Positions 1-9,613 of a stretch of 64,000 nucleotides of DNA are shown here, piece by piece; within the stretch, counting starts at the first letter, position 1, and every line of letters begins with the position of its first letter. A model generated the notes under the pieces. The model saw only the letters and a list, made by a program, of their open reading frames with translations. It did not search any database and was not told where the DNA came from. Location of the stretch: assembly GCA_002372135.1 (NCBI GenBank), contig DFIN01000001.1, positions 478 to 64,477 of the forward strand. Direction: 5' to 3'. The position numbers and the translations under genes are program-made. This DNA is from Bacteroidales bacterium UBA3696 (lineage in GTDB: Bacteria > Bacteroidota > Bacteroidia > Bacteroidales > Paludibacteraceae).

Positions 1-127
1 CAAACGGCTTGATGAAGAACAATATCCCGTCTTCCAAAATACGTGATACATACCGTTCTTCCAGTTTTTGGGCATTCACACCGGCTATCGATAGGGTGAA
101 TGCAAGTAATAGAATTGATTTTTTCAT
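1..127 (-). CDS. secreted protein, N-terminal fragment (gene runs off the window start)
   Basis: Own minus-strand translation from ATG (plus-strand CAT at 125-127): MKKSILLLAFTLSIAGVNAQKLEERYVSRILEDGILFFIKPF..., a Sec-type signal peptide. It is open to the window edge, so it is absent from the ORF track. Confidence 0.5.
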   Translation of the reverse strand, partial: MKKSILLLAFTLSIAGVNAQKLEERYVSRILEDGILFFIKPF

Positions 128-188
128 CTTGTTGTTCCTGTTTACAGAAAGGAAACACCCGAACGGTGGTGTTTCCTCTTGTTATTGG

Positions 189-500
189 TTACTCGCCGTA
201 AACGATATATTCAAATGAAGAGTAGATACCGAGAACGCTGAAAGTCTTGCGGTCAATATGGCTGATTTTGGTGATACCGCCGTTCTTGGCGGCAGCATTG
301 ATACCGGCATCGCCATAGGCAGCAATACCCAATACACTAGCGCATTTAGCCGTTCCGACTTTCTTTCCCAATACATTTGATGTTACTGCAACAGGTTGTG
401 TGTCCCCCGTATAGATGGCACCTATCATTCCCACAGTCTCGCAACTGGTCATTGCTAATGCCACTACGGCAGCGCACACCATCATTTTAATTTTTTTCAT
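189..500 (-). CDS. TRL-like family lipoprotein
   Basis: 103-aa ORF. Lipoprotein signal MKKIKMMVCAAVVALAMTSC. C-terminal GDAGINAAAKNGGITKISHID...VYGE resembles the Bacteroides TRL-like small lipoprotein family. Confidence 0.75.
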   Translation of the reverse strand: MKKIKMMVCAAVVALAMTSCETVGMIGAIYTGDTQPVAVTSNVLGKKVGTAKCASVLGIAAYGDAGINAAAKNGGITKISHIDRKTFSVLGIYSSFEYIVYGE

Positions 501-1129
501 ATTCTTAATTTGTTAATGTGATAGCTCCCCATCTATCGTTTTACTCCATGATTATCAGCAGAGGAGATGTTGTATTGTCTTGTGAATTTGAAAAGCTTCC
601 TCTCATGTGCAATCTGTCATTCTTTCAGCCGTTTTTTCGGCTTAAAAATGCCGTTCGTACGGATTGCTGTTGATAAAAGAGTAATGCGATTCGTATCAAA
701 GAAGTACAACTTACTGATTGTTTGCTTATATATGGCTTTGTAGCATACAAAAAAAACGTGGATTCGACTTTTGCCAATTCCACGATTTGAGGCTCTCGCA
801 TTGCCCTTAAGATTAGAACCGGCAACGCGAAACCCACGCCGAATAGGATTGTACCTCCAATACCAGTACACACAATTACCCAATTGTGCATAACCCGTAG
901 ATGAGAAACATCCTTATCCCCGTAGAGCATCAATCGTTGCGTTGTCCTGAATCTTAATGAGAAATTTGCGAGATTTCAAATCGTCAGAACAAGCGTTGAT
1001 AAACGCTTACATTATGTCTGCCAACCCGCCTTTAAGAATGCCAACCAGACATCCCATGGCGCGGGTTTTGCGCCGCAAAGGTAGTGCAAACTTGTTATTC
1101 GACAAATAAAAAATGCGCGGCGATGTTTT

Positions 1130-1158
1130 TTTGAATCAGTAATATAGAATTATCTTTG
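1130..1158 (+). promoter_or_regulatory. candidate Bacteroidetes sigma-A promoter (-33 TTTG / -7 TAnnTTTG)
   Basis: TTTG at 1130-1133 and TATCTTTG at 1151-1158, 17-nt spacer, 24 nt upstream of the ATG at 1182. Confidence 0.4.
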
Positions 1159-1181
1159 CCCGCCAATCAAAAGGTATCATT

Positions 1182-1598
1182 ATGCTGACACAAACAGAAA
1201 TAGAGCAGCGCATACAACAAGCGCGAGAACTTCACAGAGCCGGTTTTAATTGTGCACAAGCCGTTTTTGCTGCCTGTGCGGACTTGTATGGTATAGATAA
1301 AGAGCAAGCTCTTCGGCTCGCAGCCTCGTTCGGAGGCGGCATAGGTGGTACACGTAGCGTGTGCGGTGCCGTCCTCGCTATGTGTATGGTAGAAGGACTG
1401 AACAGCGGTTCAGCGATTCAGGGTGATATCATCGGCAAGAAAGCCAACTACGCGCGTGTGCAGCAACTGCTTGAACAATTTAAGCAGCAGCACGGCGGCT
1501 CTGTTATCTGTGCCGAACTGCTGCAAAATCCCAATAATCCGTCCTGCAACGACAAAGTAGCCAATGCTACCCGTATCGCTCTGCAGGCGATGGATTAA
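1182..1598 (+). CDS. C_GCAxxG_C_C family putative redox protein
   Basis: 138-aa ORF with GFNCAQAV (C-GCAxxG-like), SVCGAV and ICAELL cysteine motifs typical of the family. Confidence 0.85.
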   Translation: MLTQTEIEQRIQQARELHRAGFNCAQAVFAACADLYGIDKEQALRLAASFGGGIGGTRSVCGAVLAMCMVEGLNSGSAIQGDIIGKKANYARVQQLLEQFKQQHGGSVICAELLQNPNNPSCNDKVANATRIALQAMD

Positions 1599-1608
1599 CT
1601 TTTTTTAA

Positions 1609-3063
1609 TTAGTGGGACTTGACCACTTTGCTGGCACCTTTGACTCCAGCTACCCGCACCATATAAACTCCTATGGGTAATTGTCGAAGGTTGAATGTGC
1701 TTGTGGTTGAACCTACTAACTTGCCGGCAGCATCGAATATGTTCATTCGCCCTTTGCCTTGATTGATGAGCATTGTTCCCTGCTGAATAACCGGTACATT
1801 ATCTTTATTGATGGTGCTGACTTCGGTGGGCAAATCGTGTTCTCCTTCGTTGAGGTAGAAAGACTCAATCGGTTCATAGCCTTTGGCTTGTGTCAGTTCG
1901 TTCCAGTCGGACGGCACCTGTACTTTAACGGTAGAATAGCCTCCGCCGGGCATGACTTGCACTTTGTTGCGTGCCGTATCGCCGGTGATGATGAATACGG
2001 TTTCCCCCTTTTTCATAGTGGCTATGGTCTGTATGGTGCTTTCTGAGCGGTCGTACCAAGGGGCGGTTGCCGTGTATTCGCCTCCTTCTTCTTGGGCTAT
2101 ATATCGTGTGTATTGGTTCATGTTGTAGCGGTCGTCCTTAGGTCCGCCCGTATTGGCGTAGAGATTGGCAAATGCACGTTCTTTAACAGGGCGACGCGAA
2201 CGAACAATCAGACTGTCTTCCAAGATGTCTAATGAGCTGTATGCTTGTGCCAGATTGCGTGCTAAGGGTTCGGTGATGAGGATGGTACGAGGTGTGGTTT
2301 GCTTGCCGCCGCTTCCTAGTGCCTGCTGTCCTCGTTCTGCACAGTCCCATGCAATGAGTTCCATCATCTTTTGGGGATTTTGGGTCGAAATAGCCATATT
2401 ATTCCCCCACAGCAATGCAGAGGTCACGGTAACGGCACTCTCGTTGATACCCATACCTTGTTGTACATGTCTCGGTTCCCAGCCTATGCGTTGGCAAGCG
2501 GCATCGTCTTCCAACAGGCACCATGCCATCGGGTATCCGAAGGTGCCCATACGGTTGGTTTTGATATATAGCCCCATCATATTGATGATGGCAAGGTTCA
2601 TGAATCGTCCGATTCGCATGTTGGCTGTTTCGTTGATTTGGCCCTGTCCGTTGTCTATCCCTAACTGACGCGCCATCGGTCCGTTGATAATGCAATAGGG
2701 AACCCAACCGTGGGTGGAGAGCAGCGGTGTGCGAAAATCCGTTCCGTTCATGGTCTTGACCATGGCAATGAGCAGGGGCATATATTCCGGTTTGCAGCCT
2801 GCCATAACCGCATTGACAGCCACATTCCAAGCTGTAATATGTCGCGAACTGGACTGCATGGTTACCACTGTTTCGTACCAAGCCATGTCGGTATATTACC
2901 TCCGTTGCCCGCGATGACAGCATCTACATGGTGCTCAATGAGTTTTTGCTTGAAGGCTTCGGCTTGCGGGCGGTCAATGCCCATACCGGGATAGGGGATC
3001 GGCATACCCCATCTCGTCGGTTAGCAGTACGGTTACTTCATTAAAAAAGTGCAAAAGTGTCAT
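1609..3063 (-). pseudogene. T9SS C-terminal-sorting-domain protein, frame-disrupted and without signal peptide
   Basis: 425-aa ORF 1609-2886 ends in a Por-secretion tail (LPIGVYMVRVAGVKGASKVVKSH). Hand translation shows the upstream continuation in two other frames: MPIPYPGMGIDRPQAEAFKQKLIEHHVDAVIAGNGGNIP, then MTLLHFFNEVTVLLTDEMG from ATG at 3063. Confidence 0.55.
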
Positions 3064-3218
3064 TATGGCAGGCGCAACTGCCGTTTTGGCGTACAAAAAT
3101 GCTATTTTTGAAGTTCGGCACGCATGTTGCATAGAGATAAGTGAACGACGAAAGTCGGGAAGTAAAACTAAAAAATGAAGTAATTATGTTGAACAACTTA
3201 AATATAGGAGGATTGATT

Positions 3219-3647
3219 ATGACACCTATGATGTATCGCAGAAACGGATGGTTTCCGACCGTATTTGACGAGTTTTTGAACTCTGACATTATGAATAGTG
3301 CAAGCACAACTGCTCCGTCAGTCAATGTGAAAGAGACAGAACATGCTTACATCGTTGAGTTGGCTGCTCCTGGCGTGAAGAAAGAGTATTGCCGCGTACA
3401 TATTGACGAGGATCACAACCTTTGTGTAGACATTGAGAACAAATTTGAGCACAAGGAGGAAGACAAACATGCCCACTACCTGCGCCGTGAGTTCTCCTAC
3501 ACCAACTATGAGCAGAAATACACTCTGCCTGAGGATGTGAACGAAGAGGCGATTAACGCCAAAGTGGAAGACGGTATATTGACCATTGAACTGCCCAAAG
3601 TGCAGAAGGTGGAAGGTAAAACCGCAAGGCAGATTAACATCCAATAA
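3219..3647 (+). CDS. Hsp20/alpha-crystallin family small heat-shock protein
   Basis: Alpha-crystallin domain (VNVKETEHAYIVELAAPGVKKE...AKVEDGILTIELPK). Start placed at ATG 3219, preceded by AGGAGG. Confidence 0.9.
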   Translation: MTPMMYRRNGWFPTVFDEFLNSDIMNSASTTAPSVNVKETEHAYIVELAAPGVKKEYCRVHIDEDHNLCVDIENKFEHKEEDKHAHYLRREFSYTNYEQKYTLPEDVNEEAINAKVEDGILTIELPKVQKVEGKTARQINIQ

Positions 3648-3668
3648 GCCTGCTTGAACAACCAATGT

Positions 3669-3705
3669 AAAAGAGAGTGTGTCGTAATCGGCACACTCTC
3701 TTTTT
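3669..3705. terminator. bidirectional intrinsic terminator between convergent genes
   Basis: AAAA-GAGAGTGTG...CACACTCTC-TTTTT hairpin between the hsp20 stop (3647) and the minus-strand stop at 3727. Confidence 0.6.
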
Positions 3706-3726
3706 ATCTGCTTAATGCGGAACGCC

Positions 3727-5170
3727 TTAGCGCACTTGCATGCCTTGGGCGTTGTATATCTTTCCGTCAGGGCGGATGATAAACAGCTGCCCGTTATAGA
3801 TCACTTTGCGTGTTTGATCCGTATTGATATCTCGAATCACGTTCTCTATTCCGTCCATGATATCTTCGGGGATAGGTTCAAACTCAGCGGTAAAGCCGAT
3901 GATATTATCATCGACGGCGGGAACATTGAGAAAGGCGTCGTCGGCATACTCGCTGTCGTTCCACGATTTCCAGCCGGCGAAGATGTAGCCTTCTAACTCG
4001 GGGGCGTCGGGTATGGTCACCTTGTCACCGCAGTTGATCACTTCAGCGTAGTAGCCGTTCACCTTGTAGAAACCTTGTGTGGTGAAGTCAAGAGGCTTGG
4101 GATAACCATTGCCATACACACCGTCAAAGACCACGAGTTTTTTGCTGACAGTAATATTGATAGTTTCCGTTTCTCCCGGGCAGATAAACCAAGCATTGCC
4201 GTTGTCGTCTATGCCGCTTTCTAATGCAAATACGACATTAGATGTGTCGCGCAGCCCGGTCTTGACATCTTGCACCAATAGTCGATAATGGATTTTGGCA
4301 GGCAGACCATTGTAGGTGAATGAATAGTGAAATTCCATTCCGTAATGATTCCTGACCATTGCTGTTGACATAGCACCTGATTCGAGTGTTTGCCACGAGA
4401 CACTATCCATACTCTGCTGCAACGCATAAGTAGTCTGTCCTGTTCCATATACCATCATCAATATCGGCATATCCTGCCCGTAACGAATTTCTTTGTTGGC
4501 GGAAAGTGATACTTTGGTAAATCCGCTGACTTCAATAACCAGCAGAGGGAGGCGTGGCAGAATTGCAGGTTAGTTCTTTGAGAAGAGTAGCTTTACTGAA
4601 AGCGTTGAATTCAATATATTTAATTTCGTCCGGGAAGACATACGAGGTGCGTGTATTTCCGGCGGGATAGCAGACTAAAGTATTCTTGTTTTTACTGAGC
4701 AACACATCATCAACAACAGTGAATTCTTCGTTTTCGGCGTCCACGTTGAAAGAAGTAAGACTTGGCATTTGGGCGAATGCGCTCATGCCTATTTCAGTTA
4801 CGGCAGCAGGTATTTGCATTGTTGTCATCGCCGAGCAACCATAAAATGCACCATCACCAATGCGGACAATAGTACTTGGCAAAGATATGGACGGCAGAGT
4901 ACTGCAGCCCGAAAAAGCTTGGTTGCCGATAGTGGTAATGTTACCGCTGAATGTTACAGAGGTGATTTTTTTGTGTGTATTTGCGCCATGGGATATTGTT
5001 TTGCTTAAAATCAGTCATATCTCCCGAGCCGGAGATAGTGAGTACTCCCGTTTGGGTGTCAAAGGTCCAAGTCATTGTTTCGCCGCAGGAGCCGTTGACT
5101 GTCTCGGCGTGGAGGGCGGTTGCTGTCGTCATACCTACGATGAGAGCAAATAGGAAGTAAAGTTTTTCAT
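3727..5170 (-). pseudogene. BspA-type leucine-rich-repeat / InlB-B-repeat surface protein, three frame disruptions
   Basis: Track ORFs 4941-5132, 4532-4882 and 3727-4470 are consecutive pieces. They give LRR motifs (ITSVTFSGNITTIGNQAFSGC, VRIGDGAFYGCS), a Listeria-Bacteroides repeat (GYIFAGW) and the tail RKVIYNGQLFIIRPDGKIYNAQGMQVR. ATG 5168-5170 is out of frame with the signal peptide KLYFLFALIVGMTTATALHA. Confidence 0.7.
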
Positions 5171-5206
5171 AAGCGTATAGTTTTTATGGTTGTGTATTGT
5201 GTGTGC

Positions 5207-5250
5207 AAAAAAAGCGGTAGCCCGTTTGTGTATATTGGATTACCGCTTTT
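5207..5250 (-). promoter_or_regulatory. terminator-like hairpin in the 5' leader of the 3727-5170 gene
   Basis: Minus strand reads AAAAGCGGTA-(21 nt)-TACCGCTTTTTTT, 36 nt before the ATG. It shares the 16-mer AAAGCGGTAATCCAAT with the leader of the giant gene (47951-47966). Confidence 0.45.
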
Positions 5251-5273
5251 AGGTCGTTTTGTACTTTCGATTG

Positions 5274-5705
5274 TTATGCTTCGGTAAACAAATCGTCTAA
5301 TGTGACTTGTTGTACCACATCGTTGGCGTACTCATTAGTCTGTAAACCGAAGGGGGTAACAAACGTTAGTTGCATGCTTTTATTCATGCCGGTCTCCGCC
5401 TGAAACGAGAACACACGATTTTTCAGTTTCTCATATTCACTTTTTTTAATAAGATAGGGTGTTGACGCGAACTTCATTTCGCAGATGTTAATTATTCCGT
5501 CCGCTCTATCTAAGATGAGGTCAATTTGCGCAGCGGGAGAGGAATAAGTGCTTCTCCATTGGTAGTGATTACGAAAATGCTCTGTTATTAAATAGGTTTT
5601 ACCTACGCGTCGCCTTCCATATACAGCTATGAACTCCGCTTTCGAGCTTTTCGCCAAAAGATTCAATTGCCGTTGTTCCTCCGATCTTCCGATAATAGCA
5701 GTCAT
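5274..5705 (-). pseudogene. AAA-ATPase (DUF234-type) remnant with internal deletion
   Basis: 143 aa. The Walker A N-terminus (FIAVYGRRRVGKTYLITEHF) is fused directly to the C-terminal module (QIDLILDRADGIINICEMKF...VTLDDLF). Family members I recall are about 400 aa. Confidence 0.55.
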
Positions 5706-5772
5706 ATTTATGACTCTTCTAAAATCCTATGCAAAGGTACAGCCTTTTTCCCTATATGCAAGAAAAATTTAC

Positions 5773-5873
5773 GAGTTTAAGCCAAAATAGATGATTTTTG
5801 TACAACTTTGGCTGAAACTGTTTTATGAGTTTAAGCCAAAACAAATGAATTTTATACTACTTTGGCTGAAACT
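5773..5873. repeat. two tandem 47-bp units (54-bp period), each an imperfect 13-bp inverted repeat
   Basis: GAGTTTAAGCCAAAATAGATGATTTTTGTACAACTTTGGCTGAAACT (5773-5819) and GAGTTTAAGCCAAAACAAATGAATTTTATACTACTTTGGCTGAAACT (5827-5873). Confidence 0.85.
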
Positions 5874-5944
5874 CATGCTTCTTTTAAGGTAATCCAATAT
5901 GTCAAAGGTCGTTTTGGGTGCTGTTTGCAACCCGTCTTTTGTAC

Positions 5945-5970
5945 CCCTGCGGGAAACCAATCCCGCAGGG
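5945..5970 (-). terminator. hairpin downstream of the 6007 stop (weak terminator candidate)
   Basis: CCCTGCGGGA-aaccaa-TCCCGCAGGG, 10-bp perfect stem. No clear U-run. Confidence 0.3.
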
Positions 5971-6006
5971 CTAATTATATTAGTGCTTAATACACTAACA
6001 TGTGCA

Positions 6007-8076
6007 TTAGCGCAGTTCAGCACCTTGTGCGTTATACAGCGTGCCGTTGCGCTCAATGTACAATACGCCGTTGCGAATGACCTTGCGGCTGTCCGTATCT
6101 GTGCCTGCTTCCACATTCTCCACATCGGTGGGAGTGCCCTCTTCCTCAACGGGTTGGAAAGTGGCGGTGATGACGAGGTCTGACAAAACTATTGAGAACT
6201 CGCGGTCCCAGCCGATGAAGTGATAGCCTTCGATATGAGGAACATCAGGCGGAGTGGCATTCAAGCCTTCTTCAATCTGTTGCGAGGCAAGCAGCGGGTC
6301 GGTGGCTGCCGGTGCACGCTTGGGACTGCCGAGTTGCGTACCGTCTGCGCCATAGAAATTGACGGTGTATTGGGGGGGCAGTGGGCAGTTCTTCAAATAG
6401 AGCGGTGAAACCTATCACATTGTCGCTGATGGCGGGTATGTTGAGATAAGCGGTGTCAGCATAGTCGGTGTTCCATGCTTCCCAACCTTTGAAGATATAG
6501 CCGTCCATAGTGGGGGCTTCGGGCAGCACTTTGCCTCCATAATTAGCAATCTCGGCATAGTATGCGTTGTTGATTTTTGCAAAGCCTTCAGCCGAGAAGT
6601 CAAATGGCTTGGGATAGCCGTTGCCATATACGCCGTCAAAGACGACCATTTTTTGAGCCACATTAATCTCGATAGTTTCTTTCTCGCCCGGGCAAATGAT
6701 GTAGGCAATACCTTTTTCGTCAATGCCGCTATAAAGGTCGCGTGAGGGTTGGTTCACGCGCGCATAGGTTAAGCAAGCACCATTGGCGCCTGACAGTTGG
6801 CTGATACGCACGGTATCATTATATCGTGCAGGGATAATTAACTCACTATCACCCATATTGATGTCGCGGTTGGTGTTCCATGCCATAAGCGATTTTTCCA
6901 TATCGCTTCCCTCAATTTTACTCTTAATGGTCAGGGCATAATACACATCGTATTCAAACGGGTCGCTATACACTCGTTCACCGTTGCAAACGACATAGAA
7001 GCGGAAGGCAAAACCGGGCACGAACGGGCTCTCGTAGTAGTTGCGAAATAGAGCGTAGCGGCTTGTGGCATACGCATTGTGGCTGTGAAGGTCAGCGAGT
7101 CGCCTACCATGGCGCGTGTTTGGCTGTTCTTGAATGCTTTGCTGTATTCAATCGCCATCGGATTGACGCTGTTGGTGTGAACAGTCTGACGGACATTAAA
7201 CTTATAATCACCACCTTGCAGTGTGTAGGTGGCATAGACGCTGAGGTTGCTGTGCACATTGGTGTAGTCGCGACTCCATTTCTTGAACTTCATTCCGTTC
7301 AGCGAAGACGTTTGGGGAGCGGTAGCATCATCGCCACATTCCACTTGTTCGCTCTTCAGCAGTGTGCCGTCCGCATTGACGAAACGCACCGTGTAGGTCT
7401 TTGTCTTGGTGCTAATCCACAGGTTGCAGGCAGGTTGTCTGATGAATCTTCCAAGTCAGTTTGCCCGTCCCCTGAATATGAGCGGTGATGACCATCTGCT
7501 CCCCGTAATTGACAAAGTCGGGGGTAGTAAGCGCAAGGTCAATGAGTGGCATATTAACATCTACATAGTTGTGCAGTCCGGGACGACTAACGCCGGATTG
7601 AATCTCGTATGGAGCCCAAGCCTTGAGCAACTGATCATGGTAATGTGCTTGCACGCAAATGCGAAGGTTCGTATAGCCTTTTTGGTAACACATAGCAATG
7701 GCATCACTGATATTGTCAATGGTAACCGCCCCACCTTTTCGAGTAGATTTATAAAAAGTGTTGACACGCTCAATCAAAGTGTTGGCAAACTGATAGGTTG
7801 ATACGCGTTTGCCATAGTCGTAAGAAACCGTGTCCTTGGAATACTGCGAATTGGACTCAACTTTGAAGAATTGGCTATTGTCGGTACGATATTAGATACG
7901 AACTTCATAATAGCGCTGCAGTTCGACATTCGGATAGAATGTGTCCTCAAAGGTGAGTTGCTTGGTCTTTTCGTCGTACTTGATGCTTTGCAAGTACTTC
8001 GGATAGGGCAGGCTGTTGCCCATGCCGGTGTTTGCCCATAAGCCGACAGCCATGACGGTTGCCGCAATGATACCAT
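6007..8076 (-). pseudogene. paralogous InlB-B-repeat surface protein, at least four frame disruptions
   Basis: Track ORFs 7774-8076, 7412-7777, 6931-7389, 6272-7021 and 6007-6396 tile one gene. 6272-7021 is paralogous to 3727-4470 (VVFDGVYGNGYPKP.DF, GYIFKGW). Tail is RKVIRNGVLYIERNGTLYNAQGAELR. The N-terminal limit is uncertain. Confidence 0.65.
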
Positions 8077-8174
8077 GAATTTCGCCGCAAAGGTAATGAT
8101 ATATTTGGATTAAAATGCAAAAAGTAGAAAGTACTTTGTTTTTAGATTAAGTAATCTATTAGATGTCGGGTTGG

Positions 8175-9059
8175 TTATTCTCTTTGTTGAGTCCGAAACA
8201 ATTTTGGTGTCAACCCGATACGTCGTTTGAAAAAACGGCAGAAGGAAGGTGAGTCGGCATAGCCAAGGAAGTCGGCTATTTGTTGTACAGAAAGGTCAGG
8301 GCGCGTTGAAAGTAGAAACTTAGCTTGCGAGGCAAGGTATTGCTCAATATAGTCGCTGGCAGACAGACCGATTGTGTTTTTGATGATAACAGCGAAATGC
8401 CGTGTCGTCAGGTTGAGCCGGTTTGCATAGAAAGCCACTTCGTGTTGCTCGCGGTAGTGCTTGGCAACAAGAGCGCAGAAATGACTAAATAGTTGGTTGC
8501 TTTTGCTATCTTTATGGTATTGCTCATCTATGTTTGCACGGCAGGCATCCACCATCTCCGCCATGATGTTGGTCTGCATAATGAGCATTTCGTGGCGTTT
8601 AGGGTATTGGGATATAGGTGTGCGACTGATGATATCAATGAGGTCTAACACTTTTGTTATTCGGCTCATGTTGTCTTCATTAATCGTACAGGCAGGAATG
8701 TCGTGAAACTTCGAGTAGTCGTGTGAGAGACGATGTTGCGTCAGTTTGCTGTGAAATGCCGTAGAGTGGACAATGATTGACACATCGTAGTCGGGGCTGC
8801 TCTCTAACGGATGAATGATATGATTGGGGAGTACTACCGCCACTTCGTTGGAAGCAAAGCATATCTCCCGCATATCATATAAGGCTCGTGCCGTACCGCT
8901 ATGGCAGATATAAACCATCAGGTAAGGCGATAGAATATCTTGGTGATAGACAGGGAAACCTTTCACATGCCGCATCACAACCACTTCCGCTGTCCGAATT
9001 GTGCGCTCCATCTCGTCAAATAATTGTTTCGTTTCCATGAAATCGTCATTTTTGAACAC
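8175..9059 (-). CDS. AraC family transcriptional regulator
   Basis: 294 aa with a C-terminal double HTH (LSASDYIEQYLASQAKFLL...IADFLGYADSPSFCRFFKRRIGLTP). Divergent from the 9212 operon. Confidence 0.9.
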   Translation of the reverse strand: MFKNDDFMETKQLFDEMERTIRTAEVVVMRHVKGFPVYHQDILSPYLMVYICHSGTARALYDMREICFASNEVAVVLPNHIIHPLESSPDYDVSIIVHSTAFHSKLTQHRLSHDYSKFHDIPACTINEDNMSRITKVLDLIDIISRTPISQYPKRHEMLIMQTNIMAEMVDACRANIDEQYHKDSKSNQLFSHFCALVAKHYREQHEVAFYANRLNLTTRHFAVIIKNTIGLSASDYIEQYLASQAKFLLSTRPDLSVQQIADFLGYADSPSFCRFFKRRIGLTPKLFRTQQRE

Positions 9060-9211
9060 AAAAGTACTGCTATTTTTGGTTTCTATGCGGTAAAAAGAGA
9101 AAAAATCTTACTTTTGGGTAATAACCTCACACGAATAGTTAATGTTAGTTTGTCGAATAATGTGCATTTTTGCGCCCGATTTTGATAATAATAAGTAAAT
9201 CAAATAATCCT

Positions 9212-9613
9212 ATGAAGAGAAGTCTATTTATTTTGTGGGTAACGGTGTGTGCTTGTGTGATGCAGGCTGTTGATTACCAGTATCTTGTGTTTGTCAACAC
9301 AAACGGCACAACCACTGCACTGTCTGTCAGCGATATGACACTGACGGTGAGTGGTGGCAATCTGGTGGTAGCGAATACTGACGGAACAGAAACGTTCATG
9401 CTGACCGACTTGGCTGCGATGCAATTCTCAAAGGACGGTACTTTTACGGCATTGGACAACGTTATTAACGGCGATGAGCCGGTGGATGTCTATACCATTG
9501 TCGGCACCACGATTGGGCATTTCGACAATTTATTGCAAGCCACTAAGCAACTCCAAGTCGGCGCGTATGTAATCAAACAAGGTCATAACACGCAAAAGAT
9601 TGTGGTAAAATGA
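9212..9613 (+). CDS. small secreted protein with T9SS-like C-terminal tail
   Basis: Signal peptide MKRSLFILWVTVCACVMQA. C-terminus VDVYTIVGTTIGHF...LQVGAYVIKQGHNTQKIVVK resembles a Por-secretion tail. ATGA overlap with the next gene. Confidence 0.7.
   Translation: MKRSLFILWVTVCACVMQAVDYQYLVFVNTNGTTTALSVSDMTLTVSGGNLVVANTDGTETFMLTDLAAMQFSKDGTFTALDNVINGDEPVDVYTIVGTTIGHFDNLLQATKQLQVGAYVIKQGHNTQKIVVK

Noticed and set aside
9-218. 69-aa plus-strand ORF at the window start.
   Set aside because: It overlaps two better-supported minus-strand genes (a signal-peptide fragment at 1-127 and the TRL-like lipoprotein) and has no recognisable features.
617-933. Two overlapping minus-strand ORFs (88 and 102 aa) in the 680-bp gap upstream of the TRL-like gene.
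   Set aside because: Only one hydrophobic stretch and no motif or promoter context I could support. It may be a small membrane protein, but the evidence is insufficient.
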